From contig OZ244587.1 of assembly GCA_965218095.1 (NCBI GenBank), positions 1,824,001 through 1,888,000 of the forward strand: 64,000 nucleotides of DNA. Reading direction: 5' to 3'. The notes beneath the pieces are model-generated. The model was given only the letters and a program-made list of their open reading frames with translations. It made no database searches and was not told the DNA's origin. Positions 42,330 through 52,949 of the stretch are shown here, piece after piece. This stretch comes from Candidatus Poribacteria bacterium. Lineage in GTDB: Bacteria > Poribacteria > WGA-4E > PCPOR2b. The stretch's first letter is position 1. Every line of letters starts with the position of its first letter. Position numbers and translations under genes: made by a program.

Positions 42330-43649
42330 CTAATCTAGCTGGAAGAATGTGCCTGCAATATGGCGCACGACCGCGTATTCCGGCACGGGCTCATCTCCGT
42401 CCTTGCTCGTGAAGTAATACGCCACAAAGAAACGTCCGTTCTCCAGCTCTGTCATGACCGGGTAGCCGCAATCCCAGGTGTAGGCGTCACCACGTAAAAC
42501 AAACTCGTCACTCCAGGTCTCTCCCAGATCGTCGCTGACCACGCCGAGAATACCCCGGCCGCCTCTCGCAGGATACTCGCGCCGGGCGAAAACGATGATA
42601 ATCCGCCCGTCCCGGGTCACCCGTGCACAGGGAGATCGATAGCGGGGACCGCTGCGATCACCGGGGGCGTGATCCGGTTCGGGGCCGGTCAGGGGACAAG
42701 CGTAAGTGCCAGGACTGATGATGGGGCGCGGTGCCGACCAGTTCATTCCTTCGTCTTCGGAGAACACCACATAGGGATGGTTTTCGGGCATGCGGTGCAT
42801 GCTGCAAAGCAGCCGCCCATCGGGAAGGCGGTGCACCCCCGAATAGGTATAGCCATGACTATGATCTGGCGTCGCGCCGTGGGCGATCTCGCTGACAAAC
42901 TCTCAAGAAAGACCATTATCATAACTGGCATAGAAACAGGTAACGTTGCGATTATTGGTGGTACCAACGATGCCGAGAACACCGTTGTCAAGGTGCACAT
43001 GGCCGAGGTTGACGGTAAGGAACCCGCCCTCGGGTGCCCAGCTTGGCCCATCAATAAGCGTAGCGTGACTCTCCCAGGTGCGACCCCGATCTCTGCTCCG
43101 CAAACAAAATGCAGGCATGAAATAAGACTTCCGCCGACCGAGGTGAAAGGTCTTGTCCGGGTCGAGGCTGGGGTGGTCGTCAATGTCGCAGCCACCTAAG
43201 GGCCATTTGAGGTGCTCCCCCGCTGGACTGAAGTGCATAATGGCATCCGGATCCGAAAGATTGATCTGTTCGCGCTCTCCTGGGTCTACCGGCTGCAGCC
43301 AATCTAGAATTTCCCCTAGCGGCCTGTCGTTGTTCCAGATCCAGTGCTTCTCACTCTCAGGCCACGTTTTCCCATTGTCGAAAGAGCGATTGATCATGAT
43401 GCCTGATGTCTGCCCATACGGCATTTGCGAAAAATTATGCGCACCGATTGCCTGCCAGTCGGGCGTCTGGTAGTCTATCGTCTTCACCCGGTGCGCCACG
43501 GCGATCTCGCCATCGTCGAAGTTCCAGATGCCCCCTCGGTTGGGGTGGCCGGCATACGTGTTCTCATCGTAGAAGACGCAAACGTGCTGGACATCGTGCA
43601 CCTGAACTTTCTTTGCGCCAACTCTTTTTCTCGAAACGTTATGTGCCAT
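42330..43649 (-). pseudogene. Sialidase-like Asp-box protein, paralog A, single in-frame TGA
   Basis: SFDNGKTW, SRDRGRTW, SYDNGLS*(42903-42905), SEDEGMNW, SDDLGETW; frame continuous through the stop. Confidence 0.85.
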
Positions 43650-43815
43650 CTTCGTTTGTTCCTTTCTTGACTGGGGTTTCCAGTTACCCACTATCACATT
43701 TCGGAATTCACCGACAATACCATTCTTGCTACTATCTGTAGTGGTCAAAAAGATAGTAGACACCCGAGCGGCGTGTGTGTCGATCATCATGTTGACTAAT
43801 ACAATTCTTGCTATA

Positions 43816-45144
43816 CTATCCCAGCTTAAAGAATGTGCCGGCGATGTAACGGACACAAGCTTGCTCCGGAACCGGTTGGTCACCATCCTTGCTCGTGATG
43901 TAGTAGACTGTGAATATGGTTCCATCGGCTAGTTCCGTCGCCACGGGGTAGCCACAATCCCAGGTGTAGGCATCGCCCCTGATGACGAATTCCGCGCTCC
44001 AGGTCTCGCCGAGGTCATCACTCACCACGCCAAGAACGCCGCGACTGCCATATTCCTCATACGAGCGCCTCCCAAAAACGACCACAATCCGTCCATCCTG
44101 CGTGACCAGCGCACAAGGCGATCGGTAATGCGGCCCTGAGTGATCTCCCGGCGCATGGTCGAGTTTCTTACCTATCGGGGCAGGACGGGACGCTCCCGGG
44201 CTGACATCAACGATGAACCGAGGCGGTGACCAGGTCCGTCCACCATCTTCAGAGAACGCCACGCATGGGCAATTCTCAGGCATCTTGTGCATGCAGCACA
44301 GCAGGCGGTCGTCCGGCAGATGGTGCACTCCCATGTAGGTGTAGCCGGTAGGCGAGTCGACGTCCCAATCCGTGTCAGCGGTGACAATTTGGCTGGCGTA
44401 GTCCTAAGATAGGCCGTTGTCACGGCTCACGTAGAAACAAGAGGTCACCCGGCCATTTTTGCCACGTGTGGTGCCGACAATGCCCAGAACGCCGTTATCG
44501 AACCGGACGTGGCCCAGGTTTACGGAAAGAAACCCATCACCCTACTGCGGCGGCATAATCACGGTGGGACGGCTTTCCCAGGTGCGTCCCCGGTCCGCAC
44601 TTCGCAGACAGAACGAAGGCTCCGGCACCATCTTACCAAAATAATACCTTCCCGATCGTGGGTCAGTATTGGCACCTGTACCCCCAATCGGCCATTTCAG
44701 GTATTCACCGTTGCAAAAGTGGCTGATGGCATCTAGCTGCGATAGGTCAATCTGTTCCCGCTGCGACGCGGGCGTCGGTTGCAACCATTCCAAGATCTCT
44801 TCCAAGTATCGGTCGTTATGCCAGATCCAAGTCCGCTCGCTCTCCGGCCAGGTCCGGCCGTTGTCGAACGAGTGGTTGAGGATGACGCCCGCCCCTGGCA
44901 TCGTCGTGTAATCATGCGGATGCCACAGCTTGACACCTTCGGGGGCTTCCATGCCTTCGTCTGTGTATTTCACCGACTTGACCAGGTGCGCCACGACAAT
45001 CTCGCCGTCGCCGAAGTTCCAGATGCCCCCTCGGTTGGGGTGGCCGGCATACTTGTTTTCATCGTAGAATATGCGAACGTGCTCCACGTCCTGCACCTGG
45101 ACTTTCTTTACGCAGACTCTTTTTCTCGAAACGGTGTTACCCAT
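43816..45144 (-). pseudogene. Sialidase-like Asp-box protein, paralog B, two in-frame TAG
   Basis: Collinear with paralog A; stops at 44542-44544 and 44404-44406; frame continuous. Confidence 0.85.
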
Positions 45145-45327
45145 CTTCGTTTGCTCCTTCCTAAGCTAGGGGGGCCACAGAATGGTTCCTGACAAGGGTA
45201 GGTTTTTAGACCGTAGGGTCGAAATGTTTATAGGGAGCTGTTGCAGAGTCGAACAGATTACGACGAAATTCTCATGTTACACTTCTGGTTAAAGTGTATC
45301 ACTCCTGTGACCGAATGACCCATTCCG

Positions 45328-45651
45328 TCACAGTCTATTTTTGCTTTCGTATTCTTCAACAGCTTTCAAGGCGTCAGGTGTGTTAATTTTACCCAATGCG
45401 ATAGTAACTATGAGACGAACCCGCGCTTTCTCATCACTCAATATTTCTATCAACGGCTCTACAGCCTTTGTATCACCAATCTTACCCATTTTCCAAACGG
45501 CATATTCTCGAACAATTGGAAAGTCTGAATGTAGGGCTTGTGTAAGATTCTGTAGATTCTCCTTATCCTTACTATGTAGGGTTTGTATTAGATTCCATAA
45601 ACTATCTTCACCTCTGATTGAAAAATTCGTGATTTTGCATACACTTTTCAA
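45328..45651 (-). CDS. Short HEAT-repeat protein or fragment
   Basis: VREYAVWKMGKIGDTKAVEPLIEIL...ALGKI. Confidence 0.6.
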   Translation of the reverse strand: MKSVCKITNFSIRGEDSLWNLIQTLHSKDKENLQNLTQALHSDFPIVREYAVWKMGKIGDTKAVEPLIEILSDEKARVRLIVTIALGKINTPDALKAVEEYESKNRL

Positions 45652-45826
45652 CTCAAAACGGTAAGAAATTCGGGTTGTAACCTTCCGAAGGTTGGTGACA
45701 AAAAATCGAGCTTTACACGGTGTAAGAGACCTACTCGTGAGGAATGATGCGGTGCTTCAGTTCTTCCATGCTGAGCAGAACATCAGACTCCTCAGTTGCT
45801 CTGCAAGCAACCAGCCCTCATCAACA

Positions 45827-46020
45827 TCATGATGGGGAGACATAGACGGCGTATACACGGATGTCCTCTAGCCTCACGCTCCCATAGTTGACCCTCACGC
45901 GGATCGGACCATCGATGCCAGCGAGGTTCTCTTCGTCGCGCCACGCAACCGCCTGCTTGAATCCCAATTCTGCGAGGGGGACACAGGCTTCCCCTGAATA
46001 GCCCGGTATCACGCAGAACT
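45827..46020 (-). pseudogene. C-terminal fragment of a hypothetical protein
   Basis: IPGYSGEACVPL...PIRVRVNY...VYAVYV reads as a protein tail with no upstream body. Confidence 0.4.
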
Positions 46021-46059
46021 GCTCGCCGCAGTTGGAAGAAGTGCGGTGAATGACCAGCG

Positions 46060-46866
46060 TCACGGTTGAATGCCACATATCTTTTTCATGTGGCTGTCCA
46101 TCGCCCGCACATGATCAGCATGAAATCGACTGGCGCTGTTCTCGGTCAATGCGTCGAGTGGCTCCTGGCCGTCGCATTTTAAGAAGTGAATGAACATCAC
46201 CTTGCGCGGCACGTCGCGCATATTTTCTGAACGATCGTGTACCAAGAACGCGTGAAAAAACAGCGCACTGCCCGCGGGGACGCACATCTCCATAGGTTCG
46301 GGCAAACCCGGCAGGCCATTAAAATCCTGCGCCAATACGCGCGCTCGCAGTGCGGGATCTTCCAGACATTGCTTTACGAATCGATGGCTGCCGGGCCGCA
46401 GCATGAACGCGCCGCCGCCAGGCTCAACAGTACTAAAGTGCAGCACACAGTTGACGTATCGCTCATCACCTGGCTCGGGCAGATTGTGGGGCCAGTCCAC
46501 ATGGTAACCCGGGTCCAAAGCCTCCGCGCCCGGCGGGCTCTTGTAGGTCGCCACTGGGATCGGGGTGCAGTGGATGCGTAGCGGACTGCCCAACAACGCC
46601 TCAGCAGCTTCGATCAATCGAGGATGCCCCGCGAAGTTGGCCAAACGCGGCTCGCAGAACTGACCTGTAAGAGCTTTGCGGCCGTTCAACTGAACCCCAT
46701 TCTCGCCCGATACCAGTGGCGGCTGAGCATCCGGTGGGAGCAACTCATCGAATAGCGCTCCGGTGCCGGAGAGTTCATCATTCGACAGAATATCGTCGAC
46801 GATGAAATAGCCATCGCGTTCGAATGGGGCGCGGTCAATTTGGTCGGCGATCGTCATGATAGACAT
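46060..46866 (-). CDS. PhyH-family dioxygenase
   Basis: FERDGYF, YHVD, LRPGSH, AGSALFFHAFLVH. Confidence 0.88.
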   Translation of the reverse strand: MSIMTIADQIDRAPFERDGYFIVDDILSNDELSGTGALFDELLPPDAQPPLVSGENGVQLNGRKALTGQFCEPRLANFAGHPRLIEAAEALLGSPLRIHCTPIPVATYKSPPGAEALDPGYHVDWPHNLPEPGDERYVNCVLHFSTVEPGGGAFMLRPGSHRFVKQCLEDPALRARVLAQDFNGLPGLPEPMEMCVPAGSALFFHAFLVHDRSENMRDVPRKVMFIHFLKCDGQEPLDALTENSASRFHADHVRAMDSHMKKICGIQP

Positions 46867-46895
46867 GCCCTCAAAACAATACGTTTCATTACTAC

Positions 46896-47100
46896 CTCGG
46901 CTTTGTTAAATTACAAGTCAAAATCGAGCTTCGATCCAGTAATGGTGCGGGATTAAACATCGGATGGGTGCCTTCTATCCCGGCTGTTGGCAGTCACTGT
47001 AAACTTGGACCGCTACTCTACCTCCAGCCGTGTCAATGTTTAATTCCAGTGTTGGTAAGGCTTTAGACAGCATTTCAGTCAAAATTATGACAAAGCCGAG
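46896..47100. mobile_element. MITE (205 bp) with CTAC target duplication
   Basis: CTCGGCTTTGT ... ACAAAGCCGAG flanked on both sides by CTAC. Confidence 0.7.
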
Positions 47101-47807
47101 CTACTCTCCCCTCTTCCAGATTGTCTGCGTACGAGGAATTTCGGTATTATATCACAGTTGGCAACATGAGCGAGAAAAAAATGAATGGTGATTCTGTCGT
47201 CACTGCTTATCCTCAAAATCCCGTATCGCTATCGCTAATTCTAAGTCCGATAAATTAGGTTATCAGCCGTTTTATTAGCGTGTGAAATCGGAGCGCTAGC
47301 TGAGTACCTAACGGTTCGAAAATAGCCGCCCGTTTTTCGGTCATGGGGTCAACTAGATCTTCGGCGACTTCACATGTCACGTGGGTGCGACCATCTGGAC
47401 GACCTTGGAGTACAATACGCCCTAGATCGCCTAGCTGTATATGCCGGAACACCTAGGCTCAGCCACTTTTCAGGCGTTCTTTTCTAAAAGATACGTCCTC
47501 AGGCAACTTAAACCCGCTGTGAGTTTTTTGCATTCCTCTATTCTCCATCGGCTACGGTTGTATAGCAGCGGGGCTTCCCAGAAGTGTTGGGCTCTTCATG
47601 TATCAGAAAGACGTTATGGAGCGTGGTTTCCGGCGTTTTCGTTACGAAGACGGACAGATAAAGCAGCCCCGCCGTTTTGTCATCGGATATGCCCCGCAAA
47701 ATCAGAACTATTGTAACAGAAAAGACAAGATCTGATCTACAAATTTCAGCGATTCTTGGGGACAAACACTTCAAACCAACTCTTGCACAATTCAATAGGT
47801 ACCCTTT

Positions 47808-48666
47808 GGTAGTGTTATAAAAGTGTTGCTTTCCACGGTCCAGTTGTGTTATCGTATAGTAGATGTCAAAAGAAATCATTTGCATACAGGGGAGCGCATG
47901 GCACTCAAACCCATTGAATGTCCCACTTATGGCACAGATGATGTTGTCAAACACGGCAAAACCAAAAAGGGGGAACAACGATATCTTTGCCAAAATCCCA
48001 AATGTCGTTGCCAAGCATTTGTACTGGAAAATGCTCACAAGGGATGACTCCCATAAACCAAAGCCAAAATTATCTCCATGTCGATAAATGGAAGTGGGAT
48101 TCGCGACATCGCGCGTGTGCTGGAGATTAGCCCAGCCACAGTCATCAATGAAATAAAAAAAACAAAGTCGCTCCAACAAGTCAATAAACCACTCCTTGCT
48201 CGGATGAATTGTTCCCAGACCGCCGTGGAGATCTGTTGTGTGAATATTGCAGAGATTGATTTCTGGCAAAGTTTTGTGGGCAAAAAGCAAATCCACGGTG
48301 GTTGTGGCATGCCATCGACCATGACACGGGAGAGGTACTGGCTTACACATTAGGAACGCGCGAAGACAAAGTCTTTTTAGAATTGAAGCAATTGCTAGCG
48401 CCTTTTGGCATCACCCGTTTCTGTACCGATAAATGAGGTGCCTACACCCGCCATATCGAAGAGCAGGCACATCGAATCGTGAAGATACTCACCGAGAAGA
48501 TTGAAAGAAAACACCTCACGCTCCGAACCCGTATCAAGCGGCTGGCTCGAAAATCCATCTGTTTCTCGAAGTCCGTTGTGATGCATGACACGATTATTGG
48601 ATTGTTTATCAATCGCGAGGAATTTGGTCTTACCATTTAGCCAATCAACACATTTATAACACTACC
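47808..48666 (+). mobile_element. IS1-family element, inactivated
   Basis: TIR GGTAGTGTTATAAA...; InsA (VVKHGKT...QRYLC, GSGIRDIARVL) and InsB (IERKHLTLRTRIKRLARKSICFSKS) with nonsense and frameshift lesions. Confidence 0.92.
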
Positions 48667-48708
48667 CGGAAACTCTTGCAGACAATTCACACAAAGGAAG
48701 GTAACAAA

Positions 48709-49698
48709 ATGGCACATCTTACCCAAGCCCAAGTGGCACACTTTAAGGAACAGGGGTACCTGGTCGTTGAAGACTTGTTTGACCCCAAACAAGACCTTGA
48801 TCCAGTCATTGAGGAGTATGGAGGTGTCTTAGATCGGCTTGCCCAAGATTTATGTGATAAAGGCGAGATCTCTGAGACGTATGATGACCTGCCGTTTGGT
48901 GATCGACTGACCCAAATTTGCGCCGAATCTGGCAAGGTGCATGCGCAGTATTTCGACTTTTCGTTGCCACAGAAGAATGTGCAGGCGGATATCCCGATGT
49001 GGGTGGGACCTCAGGTTTTCCAGCTTCTGCGTAACGAGAAACTTCTCAATGCCGTCGAATCGTTGATCGGCCCCGAAATTTACTCAAACCCGGTGCAGCA
49101 CGTACGGCTGAAGCCACCGGAGCACCTATGTCCCATCAATGAAGAAACCGGGCGTGTCCAGCTAGGCGCGACCCCGTGGCATCAGGATAGCGGTGTTGTT
49201 ACACCAGAGGCGGATGAAACCGATATGCTGACGGTTTGGTTCGGCCTGTGGGATGCTACCATTGAAAATGGCTGTCTCGAAGTTATTCCCAAAAGCCACC
49301 GTGAGGGATTGCTTCAGCACTGCTATGCGACTGCTACCCCGTCAAGAGGATTTGCGGTTCACATCCCAGATCAATTTCTGCGTGCCGAAGATCGCGTACC
49401 GATTCCTCTCAAGCGCGGCGGTGTCTTATTTTTCCATCGTCGGAATTGTCATTGCTCTCTTCCAAACAACAGCGACAATATTCGTTGGAGCTTTGACCTG
49501 CGCTATAACCCAACGGGTCAGCCAACCGGGCGCAGTGCGTTTCCGGGCTTCGTTGCGCGCAGCCGCTCCAATCCAGCGAGTGAATTACACAATCCTGAGG
49601 AGTGGGCAAATCTGTGGTATGAAACGCGTAGCCGGCTCTCCCAGAGTGAAAACCCCACCTTCAACCGCTGGAAGGTCGACGATCCGGCCTGTGCTTGA
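48709..49698 (+). CDS. PhyH-family dioxygenase
   Basis: FKEQGYL, TPWHQD, NGCLEVIPKSH, HCSLPN, RWSFDLRY. Confidence 0.93.
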   Translation: MAHLTQAQVAHFKEQGYLVVEDLFDPKQDLDPVIEEYGGVLDRLAQDLCDKGEISETYDDLPFGDRLTQICAESGKVHAQYFDFSLPQKNVQADIPMWVGPQVFQLLRNEKLLNAVESLIGPEIYSNPVQHVRLKPPEHLCPINEETGRVQLGATPWHQDSGVVTPEADETDMLTVWFGLWDATIENGCLEVIPKSHREGLLQHCYATATPSRGFAVHIPDQFLRAEDRVPIPLKRGGVLFFHRRNCHCSLPNNSDNIRWSFDLRYNPTGQPTGRSAFPGFVARSRSNPASELHNPEEWANLWYETRSRLSQSENPTFNRWKVDDPACA

Positions 49699-50017
49699 GC
49701 ATAGGTGTATGGGAGTGAGGGGGCGAGGAGCGAGGCAAGAATCTCGTCGCCTCACAGACCCGCTCGTGGTCGGAATCCTTATATCGAACTGACGATCAAG
49801 TCCGCAAGCGTATTGTCATCGTTGCTCGGCACCGCCGCCGGAATCCGCAGATCTTCTAAATCCGCCTCCACAACCTCCGGCACCTCAGTTGTATTAATGA
49901 TATTTCGTTCTGGCATGTTACCTGCTCGCAACCCACATTGGTGGTCTCGATCGTAGAGGTAGGGCTTGTCCCCCGATGAGGCATCGAGACTAAGAAGCCT
50001 ACCTGCGTTGATAGAGC

Positions 50018-50073
50018 AAAAAAAAAGCGCAAAGATCCGTGTCACGCCTGATACCTGACACAAATCTTTGCGC
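50018..50073 (-). terminator. Long intrinsic terminator
   Basis: Minus strand GCGCAAAGATTTGTGTCA-loop-TGACACGGATCTTTGCGC followed by T9. Confidence 0.8.
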
Positions 50074-50156
50074 CAAAATTAACTACAAATCCTGACAATT
50101 ATGATTGCGCCCCGATAGGATCGGGGCGATAGTATTCCCCCCCGTTTATCGCAGAA

Positions 50157-50185
50157 ATTATATCAAAGCCACGAAAAGATGTCAA
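50157..50185 (-). promoter_or_regulatory. Perfect-consensus sigma70 promoter
   Basis: TTGACA-N17-TATAAT on the minus strand. Confidence 0.85.
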
Positions 50186-50191
50186 GAACTA

Positions 50192-51027
50192 GGTTCTGTT
50201 GACATTTGAGTATAAGGTTGTGGCATAATAGAAGAATGACGCCAATAACCTTACCTGATGAACAATGGAATAAGATATACCGGTTTCTTCTTAGCTGCCC
50301 CACCATCTATGTTGGCGACGAAGCTGCTACACGCCGCTTCGTCGAAGCGGTTCTGTGGGTGACTCGTAGTGGGGCTCAATGGAGACTTCTACCAGACACC
50401 TATGGCAAATCGAACACCCGCTACAAGCGGTTTGCTCGATGGTGCGACAAAGGTATCTTCACACAGATGCACCCCCACTTCGCCTCTGACCCCGATATCG
50501 AGTCGCTTATTGTGGACAGTACCATCTGCCGCGCTCACCCGTCTGCGGGGGGCGCCTTAAAAAGCTGGCGCCTTAAAAAAAACGGTGGCACTGAAAACCA
50601 AGCATTAGGTCGGTCTCGGGGCGGTTTCAGTACAAAAATTCACATCACCGTTGACGGACTAGGCAATCCCCTAAGAATTCATCTGACACCCGGTCAGAGA
50701 CATGACATAACTGAGGCGGAAGGGTTGATAATCGGATATAACAGTGAATATGTGATTGGAGACAAGGGGTACGATTCGGACGCTTTTATCGCCGTTATTG
50801 AGGCGAATGGAGCGATTGCGGTGATACCGCCAAAAAGTCATCGTGTTGACCAAAGAACGTATGACAAACGCTTATACAAAGAGAGACATCGGGTTGAATG
50901 TTTCATCAACAAGATAAAATGGTATCGTCGTATCTTCTCTCGGTTTGAGAAGCTAGCTGTCCGTTATTTTGGATTTCTCAGCTTTGTCTCCACTCTTATA
51001 TGGCTCCCTTGAAATGTCAACAGAACC
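50192..51027 (+). mobile_element. IS5-family (IS427-like) element, copy 2, full length
   Basis: Near-identical to 39794-40605; same TIRs, TA duplication; single ORF 50206-51012. Confidence 0.95.
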
Positions 51028-51038
51028 TAATATCCATT

Positions 51039-51365
51039 TCATCTTTCACTTGAATCGGGTCCATAGCGATTCGGTCCTTCTGTTCCTTTACCAAATACGC
51101 CGATCCCTACGATTCCTGCGAATGGACAAAGCATCCACAAACCGGATTTATTCTGATCATGGAAACGCTTGATTGTGCGGATTGTTAACGACCAAAACTA
51201 TAAAACCCCTAAAAGCACCGCGATATCAACAGATACGGACTTAAGACAGAAATCGCAAAGCCAAACAAAGAGTAGACTACCAAATAGACTAAGCATATAG
51301 GTTGGACAGCTCATACGGCCATTCCATGAAAACCAAAAACTCAAGAAATTGTAAATAGTTTCCAT
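51039..51365 (-). pseudogene. DUF805 family membrane protein
   Basis: FSWNGRMS...IKRFHDQNKSG and, in a shifted frame, GTEGPNRYGPD; internal TAG. Confidence 0.75.
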
Positions 51366-51446
51366 CCCTTCATTTACCCTTCCCTTCCGAAATATCCGAT
51401 AATATCTTACTTTTCGATCGAAATTCGTTTGCTGATATGATAAAAT

Positions 51447-51539
51447 AGTCGCGTACAAGGGTTTCCCCTGGCGACAAACCAGGGAAAACCCAAGCCGCAT
51501 AACCATCCAAGTTATGAGCGAACCCATGGTTACACGACT
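51447..51539 (-). ncRNA. Candidate structured RNA (closing stem plus two hairpins)
   Basis: Plus-strand mismatches become G:U pairs on the minus strand; TATAAT lies just upstream (51547-51552). Confidence 0.45.
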
Positions 51540-51626
51540 TTGAACTATTATAACGCATTTTTGTCCCAAAAACCTCTTAAAAGACCACAAATCTGCGGTA
51601 ATACACTCAAAATTGTCCAATTCATA

Positions 51627-51680
51627 CCCAAAAAAGGGGGGACCGCTCATATATGTGAGCGGTCCCCCCTTTTTTTTGGG
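51627..51680. terminator. Bidirectional terminator-like palindrome
   Basis: A-tract-GGGGGGACCGCTCA...TGAGCGGTCCCCCC-T-tract. Confidence 0.8.
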
Positions 51681-51896
51681 TCCAGGCGTCGCCTGCCACG
51701 ACCCTGTTTTTCCCATTAACCTGTATCAGCGTGATACCACGAAAAAACAGGTGAGCGGGCGACATATCCTTCTTTGGATCGCTATGTGATCACCTCCTTT
51801 GCTGGTTGGTATATGGCGAGAAGACGGGCTGCTCATCAGCCAGCGGGCAGCCTACCCATTATATCATTTTTTTCTTGGTCTAGGATAGTTGATAAG

Positions 51897-52689
51897 ACGG
51901 ATGACACTGCTGGAAGTCCGGAAGAGTGCCTCAAAGTCATCAAGAATTGGTTTAAAGCCCGTTGCAATGGGTGGTGGGAACATCACTGCGGATTTAGCTT
52001 AGAGACGACGGACAATCCGGGATGGTTGGCTTCCTTTGAGTTATACACGACTGAAGCTGAAGCCAACTTGATATTAGCTAATCCACTTAATCGAAACGAT
52101 GTGGATGTGAGTGTACAAAACGGGCGTCATATATTCCGAATCCTTGTCTGCGTGCCTTGAAGCATGCTCCTCGATAATTGTCGGTGCCGAGCGCCTCTTG
52201 GTGGACGCACGAAAGAGTGTGCCTGAAGGCGAGTACCCATTACCTAGAATTATTATTGGATGGATTGAGGATGGTGAGAATCCGAGGTTGTGTGATGGAG
52301 GGTTGTTTGGCAAAGCCGACTCGGAAATTTCAAATGTGCTACGCGTTCTCGGGTTTGCCAACACCGTAAAGATTCTCTCCGATGAAACATTCGATTTCGA
52401 TCTAGATGCAGTTAGTTCAACAAAATCGTCGTCTACGACGCTAATCTTGATTCGGACGCTTCCCATAAAACCGGTCGAATTTCCTTGTCTCCGTACTGGT
52501 TTTGCCGTGTATGAACAGCGGGAGGATCAGTTTGTTCTGGCATCTTCAGTCTGCAAGTTTCATCATGAGAGCGGCAAAATCGCCATTAAGTCCACCTGCG
52601 ATGAACAAGGGACTGTTGGTATTCACTACTGGTTAAAAATCAGGGATGTCATGACTGCGGGGTCCGTCAACGTTGTTTTGCAGAAGTGA
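51897..52689 (+). pseudogene. Imm53-family immunity domain protein, probably frameshifted
   Basis: WFKARCNGWWEHHCGFSLETTDNPGW matches the Imm53 pattern W...CDGDWEH..G..I.TLDNPGW; likely continues in ORF 52111-52689. Confidence 0.7.
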
Positions 52690-52949
52690 CTGCCACATAC
52701 GGAACGAAATCACAAACGGAAAACCCCCGGCGTTCCTAACATCGGGGGTTTTCCATATCCACGAATTGTCACCGCATCGGTAGAAGGAATGGAGAATCCG
52801 CGATGAAGCAGATCTATATGATTCTTTTAGCCTTTTTGCTAATAGGCCCCAAAGCCGGAGAAAGCCAAATGGATGCCCAAACCCTCATCCGCCTGCTAAA
52901 TTTTCAGACAACGCTCATCCAAGATACCGAGATCAATTTCCTATGGTAT

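Noticed and set aside
51447-51539. Retron msr-msd interpretation of the inverted-repeat-bounded RNA
   Set aside because: No reverse transcriptase in the window.
51830-51840. CTGATGAG (hammerhead core) on the minus strand
   Set aside because: No stem II followed by GAAA.
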